Shown here piece by piece: positions 38,186 through 50,078 of a DNA stretch of 64,000 nt. A model generated the notes under the pieces. The model was not told the DNA's origin. It did no database searches and worked only from the letters and a program-made list of their open reading frames with translations. The position numbers and the translations under genes were made by a program. This stretch comes from Mizuhopecten yessoensis (lineage: Eukaryota). Within the stretch, counting starts at the first letter, position 1. Each line of letters starts with the position of its first letter. The DNA is taken from the NCBI RefSeq assembly GCF_002113885.1, contig NW_018406397.1, forward strand, positions 2,795,716 to 2,859,715. The letters are read 5' to 3'.

Positions 38186-38487
38186 GAGAACTGTGTTAAA
38201 TCACGGACTAGGAGTCTAAGTCCGTGGTTAAATAAAGTACAAAAACTCTGGCAGCTTTCCTTAAACGTTGTAATAATTTGATATATCGCTGATTACTGTA
38301 TATTGAAATGTATGCATTATATAATATAATATATCTGTGTGGCATATACTATATAGCTTTCTCTCTCGTAGTGCCCTTTAAATAACTCAATTATAGCAGG
38401 GACAGTATATTACGTCCCTGATTTCAGTCTCTCGTAACTCTCTTAACTCGTAATGTGTTATGTATACTTTATTGTATATGTGCACAC

Positions 38488-38581
38488 CAGTGGCGGATCC
38501 AGAGACTTATCTGGGGTGTTTTCAAATTTCCTGGGGGGGGGGGTTCCTGAAGCCCCAAAAAAACCTCTGGATCCGCCACTG
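38488..38581. mobile_element. 94-bp MITE with 17-bp TIRs and a 5-bp TSD (CACAC)
   Basis: CAGTGGCGGATCCAGAG / CTCTGGATCCGCCACTG, flanked by CACAC on both sides. Confidence 0.8.
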
Positions 38582-39056
38582 CACACTGTTGTGAATTCAC
38601 AGCTACATCATACATGGCAGGCCAGGGGAACACGATGTCGGTTTCTTCTGTTGACTTGTACAATCACACTACCTGTCTCTCATTGCGAGGTTAAGGATGC
38701 GGTTGATAAATATAACCAGACATGAATAAAACACGACTGTTTCACGTGGGTAAATTCCAAGCCTGGCGAACCAATGAAAACCGATATTGATCTGCACGGG
38801 GCAATTTGATTGGTCAATTTGTTGGAAGTCTGTAGAAGCGCCGGTATACATTAGTATTGATCCCCACTCGAGTAATTATACAGCAAGCCAAGCTAGTCAC
38901 TCGAGAGTGTAGAAGCGCTGGAGCTGTTGTTAATAAACATCAGAGTATATCGAGGCCATTTTCTATATAATCCATATAGCTGTACTATAAACGCGTTAAC
39001 GCTTAACGAAAACGATTCATTGATTTTAAAAGAATTTCATTTTGAAGAAAGAAACC

Positions 39057-42000
39057 ATGGACATTGTCGACATCATAGCACCGGTCCCATCAGTTTTGGA
39101 TGTAGATTCTGACGGAAGCTTCTCGAAGCGGCTATCCCTGTACGCTACACTGCGCACGGAAGACCTGGAAACCCTTCTTAGGACCAGACAGGCCCTTGGA
39201 TCCGGAATAACCAATTGTATTCATGCCGCCAAAAGGAACCGCCTGTCTCTGCAGGACCTGCTCTTAGAAGGGCAAGATAGGGCACCATTTTGTCCAGACG
39301 AAGTACCTTTTGAGGAAGAATCGTCATCGTCAGAAGATTTGACCTCTGGCCAGAGTTTGATCCTGAGAGGGGAAGATGTCCATGATGTTCCAGTCCAGTA
39401 CACAATACAGGGTATATACCCTCACGAGTTCCCAGTCAAAGGTAGGCTCTCTCTCATATGGGGTCGCCATGTTTGGGGGTTATGTTAGCGTTGTTCCATT
39501 GTACTCTACGTATTTAGTGCGGTCACCATAGGATAAGTCCGACTTGTAGACAAATCACCAGTGTTTAGTGACACTGACTGGAATGTTAAATACGTCACCG
39601 AATATCTGGAGTAGCAACTTAATACTTAAGGGGCCCATTCATAGGTGAAATCAATGGCCGCCGCCGGTATGGTTATAAAAGCACGTTTATCACAAACATG
39701 TTCTTTTCAATTTAACATACTTGTTTAATTTGGGTAGTATTACCCCTATTTAGCATAAATAAAACTATATGAATTGGCGTCCATTGACCACCAGTTTTGG
39801 TCCCACCAGCGACGTTTATGTTCCACCAAGCAATGACGACATGACGAGAATGGAAGTTAAACTATAGGCCATGTTGATGGAAGTGGTGAACGGAAATGAG
39901 AGTTACACGCGTCATATGTTGTATACTGAGCTTACGAGCTACAGTTGTGTACCAGTAAACAGCACACGTGTAATAACTCCTACTTCGTTTGCTGAAATGA
40001 GAACGCCAAGTTATTTAAAACGTGTCGTTAACGTAAATCTTTTATCTAGTATAAAAAGGGTTAGTTTGTACCTTGACGAACTCTAGTCAAGGGTATTTTT
40101 TTGTCAAACCCATTTCGAAAATAACGGGGTGCGTTAATGACCCGTGAAGCTAAAAAGTGTTCGAGCGAGCGGGCCTGTAGATGGCTGATTATTGTAATAC
40201 CAACCGTTCACCGCTTTCTATCTCGTAACGTACAATTTACATATTTGACAAATGATCACCTAACGTTAGCTGTGACCACTGAAACGCAACACTGGACAGG
40301 ATCATCTGTGTATGAGTCTCTATAATGTGTCAACAGCTAGAATACTTTATACCCTCATTTTATTTTCACTATTTTATTCGAAGCGCCTCAAAAGATTATA
40401 CATGTTATAAATATGTGTTTTAAATATTTTATGTATTTCTATTTATCAAATTAGCCTTTATTATTCATGATTGGGATAGATTTTCACATCCTCGTCGTAT
40501 TTACATGATCTTGTGTATTAACCAACACGGCATAAGGATCTCTTTGATGTTAGAAACACATCTTTGGTAAAATGTACCAGGTGTGATACTGTATGATCTT
40601 TGAATATTTTATGTAGAAACCATCATTTTATTATGCCATAATGACTAAAAGTTCATGCGACTAATATGTTTTTTCTTATATGATGCTGACGGTTTTCAAA
40701 AATTGACTCGAGACCCTAGTACCCATCTTCGCTAGCCAAGTGTTCGTTATACGAAGCAAACACTTGGCTAGCGAAGATGCACGTACAATTGACGAGGACT
40801 TGTACAAGTCTAAGATGCTACTCCAATATTCACCGACGATGACGTATTGCACATAGGTTTGACAAGTATGATTAATCAGAAATCAGATAAGCCTCATACA
40901 GTGACGTATTGCCCTGCTTTGCCATGTGTTCTTGACAATATTTTTACTTTCAGTTTTTGAGAAGTTCTAAGTCTACACAACCGCAGCCCAGTGATGGGAC
41001 GATGTCCGTATAACATGAACTTGCTCATATAATTGGGAGTAGTAAGTTGTTCTCCTCTGCGGAGGGACATCCTACCACGCAAGTTCATTCATCAAATACA
41101 CTGTAAATATTGTATACATCAATACACTGTAAATATTGTATACATCAATACACTGTAAATACTGTATACCTGTACCATTTTTTTTCATTTGTCAACTTCA
41201 CATTGCCTTCATAATGTACCTGAAGCCATTTAATTTGTTTTGAAACTTTAAGTGTAAGAAGGTATATAATTCACGTTTATTTTTGTATAATACGTTAAAC
41301 ACCTTAACTGGAGATATTAAAATCGTACAAGATTTGAAAAATGAAACAAGTATGTACGAATATCTAAATACCAATCAGATACGGAAGCACATCAGTAGCA
41401 TCAAAATAATCGATTTACTTCAACTTCAAAGTTACTTAAATAACAAACAAACAAACAAAATCTATTGATATAAAAATTGGCAGATCACATTTTTAAAACT
41501 CTGCATTGAAAAACTCTAAAACTAAATAAATGCAATCGTATTCATTTTGGGTTTCTCCGTTGTAGGTTTCTATGTGGATCGACGGATCTGCCCTGGCTTC
41601 CGGTACCAAGTACGTTACGTCAGCAGGAAGGATGACGTGTTTGAAGGTAGAGGGCGTTACCTGACTTCAGTCGGCATGGGGTACGGAAAACGCTTGACAT
41701 TCAAGGGAGACAAACTCAACGTCAACGACTGTTTCTTTTGGTCAGACAACGACGAAGGTGGCTACGCATTCAGCCACGATGTTCTGGAAAAGGGCGAGAA
41801 ATTTGTTCTTTACGATTCAAACTCTCAACCAATTGGTGACGTCATTGTAGAATCAGCCACGGAATGTCCACAGATCGAGGAATCCATGGAAATCACAAAT
41901 ACGCATGTGAAGAAAACAGTTCGTGTTCGATTTGCATGCGTAATCAATTATCATACCCGTTTCCATGGTAACTTGGTAGAAGTGAACAACCAAGATATCG

Positions 42001-42119
42001 AGATCGTAGAAGGCCTTGCTGACGTCATCAAACAACGGCGCGAGCGTCAGGCACATGTGCAGTGTATCAAAGACGTCCATCTAATGCGCGCTGGTGCTTG
42101 CACTCTGTGGAAGGATTGA
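39057..42119 (+). CDS. Uncharacterised 312-aa protein; exons 39057-39441 and 41566-42119
   Basis: Kozak-like ACCATGG; donor AAAG|GTAGGC and acceptor TTGTAG|GT join two GC-richer ORFs in phase 1 (939 nt). CCAAT/ATTGG at about 38771 and 38809 upstream. Confidence 0.85.
40724..40779. repeat. Perfect 21-bp inverted repeat (mini-MITE or hairpin) in an intron
   Basis: CATCTTCGCTAGCCAAGTGTT / AACACTTGGCTAGCGAAGATG. Confidence 0.85.
41094..41169. repeat. 26-bp tandem repeat, 3 copies
   Basis: AATACACTGTAAATATTGTATACATC repeated. Confidence 0.85.
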
Positions 42120-42720
42120 GACTGGCCACAATAAAGCTAGGATGAAAATCCCACTGTTAGTGATCTCGTGGTCAGTACGTAAGTCGGACGTAACTTCTCC
42201 TCCATACTAACTGATACATGTGTGATGAGGTCGGACTTCATGTTCAGGCACGAGTGGTGACGTGCATTATACACACGAACAATGCTATGTACGCCATTGT
42301 GATAACAGGACCGTGAATCTCTGTATTGGACGTGTACTGTGTATAGAACTATTATGTTAACATAACAATATGTATGTGCTGCAGGTGCCCGTTGTTTGTT
42401 TATTTACTATACACGTATATGTGTATGAGCATTTGGTGTTGGTGCATTCTTGTTTTCAAGAAAGATGGAAGAAGTATTGCAAATGTTATTGATTGAAAAA
42501 TAAATATATGAATAAAAATTCGTGCTTTCTAGTTGTTTATATGGTAAACACACCAAAAATATTAGCCAGAGTTTCCTCTGGCCCGACACCAGATTTTGAC
42601 AGATAGATGTCTGGTATCGGGACCAGATGAAAGTCGGACTACAAAAGTATGTACGTGTAAAGATCGACACGTATCGCATATGTGATGATAGTAATGAGTA
42701 ATGAGTAATTTTATTCAGAA

Positions 42721-42872
42721 CTATCCAGCCACCACTAATCCCGTTGTTCCACTATCCAGCCACCACTAATCCCGTTGTGCCACTATCCAGTCACCACTAA
42801 TCCCGTTGTGCCACTATCCAGCAACCACTAATCCCGTTGTACCACTATCGAGCCACCACTAATCCCTTTGTT
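42721..42872. repeat. 31-bp minisatellite, 5 copies
   Basis: CACTATCCAGCCACCACTAATCCCGTTGTGC repeated. Confidence 0.92.
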
Positions 42873-43204
42873 AAGATATTTCTCCATAGAAGGTAGTACT
42901 TGACACTATAGTATAAACGGACTTTTCAAAGCATAAGAGAAATTAACAATGCATTCTTTCATTTAGTGGAATTTGAAAGCAAAAAATCATGAAATTATTG
43001 CAAAATAAGTAATACATGACTGTGGTTTATCTTGTCTTTTGACGAGAAAGGAATGCGTTGACCTTAGCGCTGGAAGAATAAACAGTATTTAATATATGAT
43101 ATGGACGACATAGCGTAGCAAAGTGTCAATATTAACACACCTTGCATCCTTACATAATGACTTCTGTCGCCCGGGTAAAGTACTTGCACAAATATCCGGT
43201 AGCT

Positions 43205-43392
43205 ATTCCGTCTTTGCGTATTGCAGAGTTATCTTCTCTTGGGTGCAGGGATTGATTGTTACGTCACTTGTTTGTGACAGTAACGTCATCAATTTTTGAG
43301 AAAATGACGTCATTTTCACGCACAAACCAATGACGTAACAATCAAAACCTGCTCCCAAGAGAAGATAACTCTGCAATACGCAAAGACGGAAT
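43205..43392. mobile_element. Foldback (palindromic) MITE
   Basis: ATTCCGTCTTTGCGTATTGCAGAGTTATCTTCTCTTGGG.. / ..CCCAAGAGAAGATAACTCTGCAATACGCAAAGACGGAAT; arms of about 70 bp. Confidence 0.85.
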
Positions 43393-43519
43393 TATTTATA
43401 ATCAAATTGAAATTCAATCATGGGTTAGATCGATTTTAGGTAAAAAATACCAGCCCCAATGATGATAATATACGAGAAGGGCGGAAAGATCTCGATGACG
43501 GAAAATCGAAAAGTCTCCC

Positions 43520-44350
43520 ACCAGTAATGCTTTCTTGCTGAAATCGTCCTATTAGATAAGGAAGAGATGTCAAGACAAAGATTTTAACAAAGGGCAATAA
43601 CTCCTTAAAAAGGGTCGAATTAAAAAAAATGATAGCCCGATGAACGACATTGGGGTAAATTACCATATCTGTACACTTTCAGTGAAATTGGCCCAGTGGT
43701 TTAGGAGGCAGACAAAGGTTTCTTTCAACAAAGGGCCATAACTTTTAAAAAGGCCGGAATGAAAAAGTACTTCTTGGATGCACAACGTCAGGGGGCAGTT
43801 ACCATATCTGTAAACTTTCATTGAAATTGGTCCAGTAGCTTAGGAGAAGTTGGCAGGACATGTATTTTTCAGCAAAGGGCATAACTCCATAAGAAAGGGT
43901 TGGAAAAAATACCTGGATGCACATCTTCATGTGGTAGTTATCATATCTGAAAACTTCCATTGAAATTGGCTGCATAGTGTTGGAGGAGTTGTCTTTCAAC
44001 AAAGGGCCATTACTCAGAAAAAAGGAACAGATTGAAAAAATAAAACCTGGATGCACACTATATTAGGTGGTAGTTATCATATCGGAAAACTTTCATTGAA
44101 ATTGGTCCAGTACTTTTGGAGAAGTTGTGCAGGCAAGCATTTTTCAACAAAGGGCAATATCTCCGTAAAAAAAGGTCAGAATGAAAAAATATTACCTGGA
44201 TACACAACTTCAGGTGGAAGTTATCATATCAGGAAAGTTTCGTTGAAATCGATCGTTAACTTTAGAAGGAGTTGTCCGGACAAAAAGTTTCAGGATTTTT
44301 TCAACAAAGGGCCAAAACATCGTAAACAAGAAAAAGCAGCAAAGCTGCAG
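43520..44350 (-). mobile_element. Helentron-associated (HINE/DINE-1-like) element with ~120-140-bp internal repeats; continues at 47250-47348
   Basis: Repeats of CATATCTG..AACTTTCATTGAAATTGGTCCAGT..GGAGTTGTC..AAAGGGCCATAACT; the last unit and a (GACA)n tract are at 47250-47348. Confidence 0.7.
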
Positions 44351-44357
44351 GACCCCA

Positions 44358-45500
44358 TTTTCTAGCTCACCTGCAGGACCAAGGTGAGCTTATGCCATAC
44401 CGTGGCGTTCGTCGTGACTCGTCCATCCGTCGTCCGTCCGTCAACAAATTCTTCAAACAACTTCTTCCACTGATTGGAATTTAACTAAATTTGACTGGAA
44501 GCATCACTAGGTGGTGGGGATTCAAAATTGTACAAATGGTAGGGTTAATCCACCAGGGGGCTGAGGGTGGGCCAAAAGGGACAATTTGGCTATATTGCTA
44601 TAAACGACTTCTTCTGTAGAACTGATATCAATCATTTTTGGTCAGTAGCATACAAATGGTGGGGCTGACCCCCCATGGGGCTGAGGGGCGGGGCCAAGAA
44701 GGGTTATTTGGCTATATTGCTTTAAGCGACTTCTTCTCTACAACTAAAAGATGAACATCAACCATATTTGACTGGAAGCATCCCTAGGTAGTGGGGATTC
44801 AAAATTGTACAAATTGTGGGGCTGACCCCCCCAGGGGGCTGAGGGGCGGGCCAAAAAGGGTTATTTGGCTATATTGCTTTAGGCGACTTCTCCTCTGGAA
44901 CTATGGGATGGATATCATTGAACCATATTTTACTGGAAGCATCCCTATGTAATTGGGATTCAAAATTGTACAAATGGTGGGGCTGACCCCCCCAGGGGGC
45001 TGAGGGGCGGGGCCCCCCCAGGGGGCTGAGGGGCGGGGCCTAAAAGGGTTATTTGGCTATATTGCTTGAAGCGGCTTCTTCTCTACAACTAAAAGATTGG
45101 GAGGCAGGGATTCTGACCTGAAGCATCCCTATGTAATGGGGATTCAAAATTGTACAAATGGTGGGGCTGACTCCCAAGGGGGCTGAGGGGCGGGGGCAAT
45201 TTGGCTAAATTGCTATAATGACTTCTTCTGGAGAACTATGCACTGGATATCAATCATATTTGGTTGGAAGCATTCATGGGAGGCAGGGATTCAAATTGTA
45301 CAAGCAGTGGGGCTGACCCCCTTGGCTAAAGGGTGGGGCCAGAAATAGTTTATTGCTTGGAAATGGTCGAGATCCCCACCCTTTAACCATATATACAATT
45401 GCTGAGAATGAAGAGAAGAATGCACGTATGTTTCCAGGATTGCCCAGGGGTTTGGCCCCACCCTTAGAGACATAGTCCCTGGGCCATAACTTTAAAACGA
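44358..45500 (+). mobile_element. Helentron-associated (HINE) element with ~160-bp tandem core repeats
   Basis: Starts TTTTCTAGCTCACCT..AGGTGAGCT (subterminal inverted repeat), then (GTCC)n, then repeats of GATTCAAAATTGTACAAATGGTGGGGCTGACCCC..GGGGCGGGGCC. Confidence 0.8.
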
Positions 45501-45719
45501 TTGAGATCCCCATCCCATAACTACGTATACAAATGCTGGGCATAAAGCGACAAATACAGTAATGAAATTAGAAATGATTCCAGAGTCTGCTCCAACCTTG
45601 GAGACTTAACCTTTACGTTTTACCAGCTTTGTGATACCCATTTGGCGGTAAATCTCAGCTGAATTCAAACTTAAGATTTGAGCTTGAGATTTGAGAAAAT
45701 GTTTTTGATAGTTGTGATA

Positions 45720-46045
45720 GGCGAAAATTGAATAATTATATAAAATGAAAAACAATTTAACCCCCAGTTATTTATCGGCCCTTTTGCCAATCACAGTGGG
45801 TAACATAAATGATTACAATATTCCTTCTTTCAGACTCTCCTCAAGCAACTCTTCTTTTTTGCCATCGAGTTTACGTCTTTGGAATTCGTTAGACAATACA
45901 ATAAGAACATTGCCATCTTTAAATACTTTTAAATCTGCTATATCCAATGGTGCAAATTCGTCTCCACCATCTTATTATAATTTTGGCGAACGCAATTTAA
46001 ATATACTACATACTAAACTCAGGCATCAGTACAGCTCTTTGAAAA
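45720..46045 (+). mobile_element. Decayed LINE ORF2 C-terminal fragment (CR1/L2-group-like)
   Basis: KMKNNLTPSYL..SFLPSSLRLWNSL..SLNTFKSAI..GERNLNILHTKLR resembles LINE ORF2 tails. Confidence 0.7.
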
Positions 46046-47864
46046 ATCGTTTTGGAAAAAAAGTGACAATCCAAGAGATATTTTTGAAACGAGGACGTTT
46101 CATTTTTGAAGCCGGAGGGATTTATCATAAAGAATTTTATGATAATAGTGCTATTTATGAACATTAATTTAACATTTCATCTCATTCATTATTTTGGATT
46201 TCCTCTTACAAACTTTCGCCATTTAATTTCGTTTAGTAACAATTTCATGCCTAAAAGCTATTTAATTACATTTGTACCACTTAAGAAAACCTCTATGTGT
46301 GAATATAGCTGCTTTGATTCATTGTCGTCAGATTAACTCAAGCACTATTGGTGTCCATCATATACCATTATGATACGTAATGAAATTAACTGGTCTTACC
46401 AAGTATGACACTAAAGTCTCGGAAAAAGGACAGGCTAATTGCCTTACCTGTTCGGGTACTCACCAGTCAGAATAGAGAGATAAGTGACAGCTGTCAATCA
46501 AATTAACTTAATTGAGTTAATTGTCAATGTATCACTGTCCTGCATGTTTTGGTGATCAGTTAAGAGCTGGGCATCGGACTGTACGGGTGTGTTTTTGGAT
46601 ACCCCAGAAATCACCCACCGACCTAGAGAAAGTTATTTTAATAAATTTATATTTGGACTACAATTCAACATCTTGGAATTCAACTTTCGAACTACACATT
46701 ACAACGAAGAGAAATTATCGTTGTGATATAAATATCAATATGTGCTGTATTGGAGGAAAAGGCGTTGATAAGTTGATAGAACTTGTGCCTAATCCTCTGC
46801 TCAAATTTGGGGCAATAAATATGTTTAAATCAATTGTGATACCGAAGTCTGGTAAGATTTCCAGACCAAAATGATATTAATAGTGTATTTATATAAAAAC
46901 AATAATGTGTGCTGCATAGGTGGACACACAATCACCTATTCTGCCGTCGCTTCATCTAAACTTGCAACTGAAAATGTACGCAGAGAATTGAATGATCTCT
47001 TCACATTTGAAGATAAAATATTTCGTATATCTTCACTGCATTATGATATGTTTTTATCAAATGGAGAATTCATAATATTTCACTAGTAAACTGTTATAAT
47101 TACATAGGGTTTACTATCATATTTTTGAAGATAGTATGCGGCCTTAATTTCCCAGAAGGCTTTCACGCACGGAGAAGCACCGGACGTGGACAAAGTATTC
47201 ACAGATCAAACCCAATATTGGGTTTGAAAAAAGGTTCAGAATAAAAGTAATACCTTAATGCACAACTTCAGGTGGTAGCTATCATATCTGGAAAGTTTCC
47301 TTGAAATTGGTCCATTACTTTAGAAGGAGTTGTCCAGACAGACAGACTAGCTGTAAAATTCTCACGTCCTGTGGTTTCCACCACAGGGACCTGATAATTT
47401 GTTACAGATCTATTTGGTGTTAACACTAAGGTGTTCAGAGTAATTTTACATGTTTTAGGGTTTGAGATCGACTTTCGGAAACCCCTAAAGGCTGTAAAAT
47501 TACTCGGAACACCTTAGTTTAGGTCCAAATAGAGCTACGTTGATTGAAAAAACGCCCGAACGTTCTGGCGATCGTGTATAGTTTGGTTTATGTATGTAAT
47601 TATAAATAAAAAGAATGATTTTGTTTAAACATGTAGTACTTCCATGGACCAGCAGCCTTCTGGCCGTAGACGAACACGCCTGTTAAAAGATGTACATGCG
47701 CGCGCTATAATCATGTACAGTGTACATGAAACGGGAAACACAACCTGTTTTACCATAAGAATTATTTGTTTCATTTATGAAATATCGCCCAATAGACTAT
47801 TTATTTTGACCTGGTTGAAAATATTTGTTTGTCCATTTTAAAACACGAACGGATATCAAAAATT

Positions 47865-48364
47865 GGTTTGGTTTGGTTTAGTATTGTTTGACGTCCTATC
47901 AACAGCTATGGTCATTTAAGGATGGCCTCCCCTGTGTGCAAGATGCATGCCTGTAGTGTATGCGTGTGTGTTTTAGGAGGCTGCGATATGTTCGTGTTTG
48001 TCTCCTTGTGATAGCCGTGTGGAACTGATGCCGACTTTATAGTGGACACCCAGCAGGACACCCCACCCGGTCACATTATACTGACAACGGGTGAACCAGT
48101 CTACAGTGTTGAAAAGGTTAAGCAGGAGTAGATACTACCATTTTTACAGACTCTGGTATGTCTCGGCCAGGGGACAGAACCCAAAGCCTTCCTCACAGGG
48201 GCGAACGCTCAACTGAAGGCCAAAAGTGAGGCATTGTCAAGGGAGACATTAGGAAGAAAAAGGTTGTTTACAAAGAAGTGAAAAGCTAAGATCCCAAATT
48301 TAGTCGCCTGTTACGATCATGCAATGGGGCAGCAGGTACAATTCTTACGCCCTACCTGCAGGGA
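47865..48364 (-). mobile_element. Meta-domain-like SINE with a 5' extension
   Basis: CCCACCCGGTCACATTATACTGACAACGGGTGAACCAGT core, (TTTGG)n tail, tRNA-like segment at about 48160-48230. Confidence 0.75.
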
Positions 48365-48479
48365 CGAGATGTCAAAGAGCAACAATTCGTACGCTTAAAG
48401 ATATGATTTTTTTTCTTTCTTGGAAACTCTTTTTTTCGCATATAGCTAGCATTCTCTTGTTTTTAATTTCATATGTGCG

Positions 48480-49029
48480 AATCGCGTGTGTGTATGCAGG
48501 AGACAGGGTATGTTGGTGTTCTTGCCTCCTTGAGGTAGCGCGGATCTGATGCCGACTTTATAGTACTATCTCACTGAAATGCCATGCCGAAGGCACCCAG
48601 CACAGCATTCCGCCCGGACGCATTATACTGACAACGGGTGAACCAGTTGTTGCCATTCCCCTAAATGCTGGACGTTAAGCAGGGAATAACAACCACCATT
48701 TTAAGGACTTTGGTATGTCCCGGCCTGGGGACAGAGCCCATTGCCATCCTCACCTGGACGAATGCTCAACATTAAAGCCAAAAGTGAGGTGTTGCCAAGC
48801 CTGGCGCTAGGAAATAAAAGGTAGTTAGCTTAGAAGAAGAAAGAAAGATACAGATCCAAAATATTACAATGGGTGCAGCAGATATATTTTGGTCGCTTTT
48901 GTGTCCCCAAATAGGGGACACCAAAGCAAATCCCCAATTCTGCAGGGGGTCCTGCATTAGTCACCTCCTACGATACATGCAGTGGGTAACAGCAGGTTAT
49001 TCTTTTCCCGATCCCCCACCTGCAGGGGT
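48480..49029 (-). mobile_element. Second Meta-domain-like SINE copy
   Basis: Colinear with 47865-48364. Confidence 0.75.
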
Positions 49030-49889
49030 GCGCCACAGGGATATGAGAATTCGGGTGTGGCATTTTTATCTAGTTTATACCGTCATTGGTGTGGTGTTTC
49101 TATGATCTAAACCCCTAAAACGTCCAATAAAACTCTAAACAATTCCATTTTGGTCCAAATATACCTAGCTCAACTGTCACAAATTCTCAGGTCCCTGTTG
49201 ATCAGGCTTGAAAAAACTGAATCGACCTCATTCGTTTTCTCGGTAGTCTCCCGCGTTAAAACTCCTGTGTACTTTTCCGTGCTAACAAGATGTCAGAGAC
49301 GTTATATACTACCACGGAATTAGATCAGTTATCTAAGTCCGTGACTATGGCTTTGTATGCCTCTGTAATGTATAAGGTGGGGTAAAACATGGTACATTAT
49401 TTATAGCATGACGCTTACAAGATGAAACGGTCAATTTTAGTCACAGACAGGTAAGATAATAAATGTTTAGGTAGATTGTATGATGTCAATATTAAGGGTA
49501 ACACTAGAGATATACTTCTCGGATCATCTGTCAGCTTTTTACTGTCTAAAGGCGTAAAAAACGATATATAATTTGCCATCCAATGCAATTTCTCATTAAG
49601 TAATTTTCATGTCTATATTGCAAGGTGTTTTTTTCTTGTTTGAATTTAAGATCTTCGTCTCATTACATACACACGTACACGTGGGTCTATTATGTAAAAA
49701 AAAATATGGAAAAGTACATACATCCACTACACATCCCTGGTACAATGCTTTTAAAACAGAAACAGTTAATTACAGGCAGCCAAAGTTATATTTTGATACG
49801 TCACTGGGGCAACAGTTGAATATGTTGACCAATTTTTTCCACAGGTAAATGAAATGCACACATGTACCATTAATAAATGAAACTGTAAC

Positions 49890-50078
49890 AACCAGCCAAT
49901 GAAACGACAAGCCCGCGATACACGCTCGGTTCACGTGGCCGCGGTAGCAAATAACCTTCACCGGCATCGTTTGTAGATTTGTAAGGCCGGGAAACAGACA
50001 ATTATAAAATCAGTCTGTACCGGTGTAGCGTGGTGTACCAAGATCCCCTACATGCTCTACGGCAACTTGGATCCACAC
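49890..50078 (+). promoter_or_regulatory. Probable promoter and non-coding first exon (about 50010-50078) of the glutamate synthase gene
   Basis: CpG-enriched; CCAAT at about 49896, CACGTG at about 49932, Inr-like TCAGTC at 50010, donor CAC|GTGAGT at 50078/50079; matching acceptor CCTCCATTGCAG ends at 53169. Confidence 0.55.
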
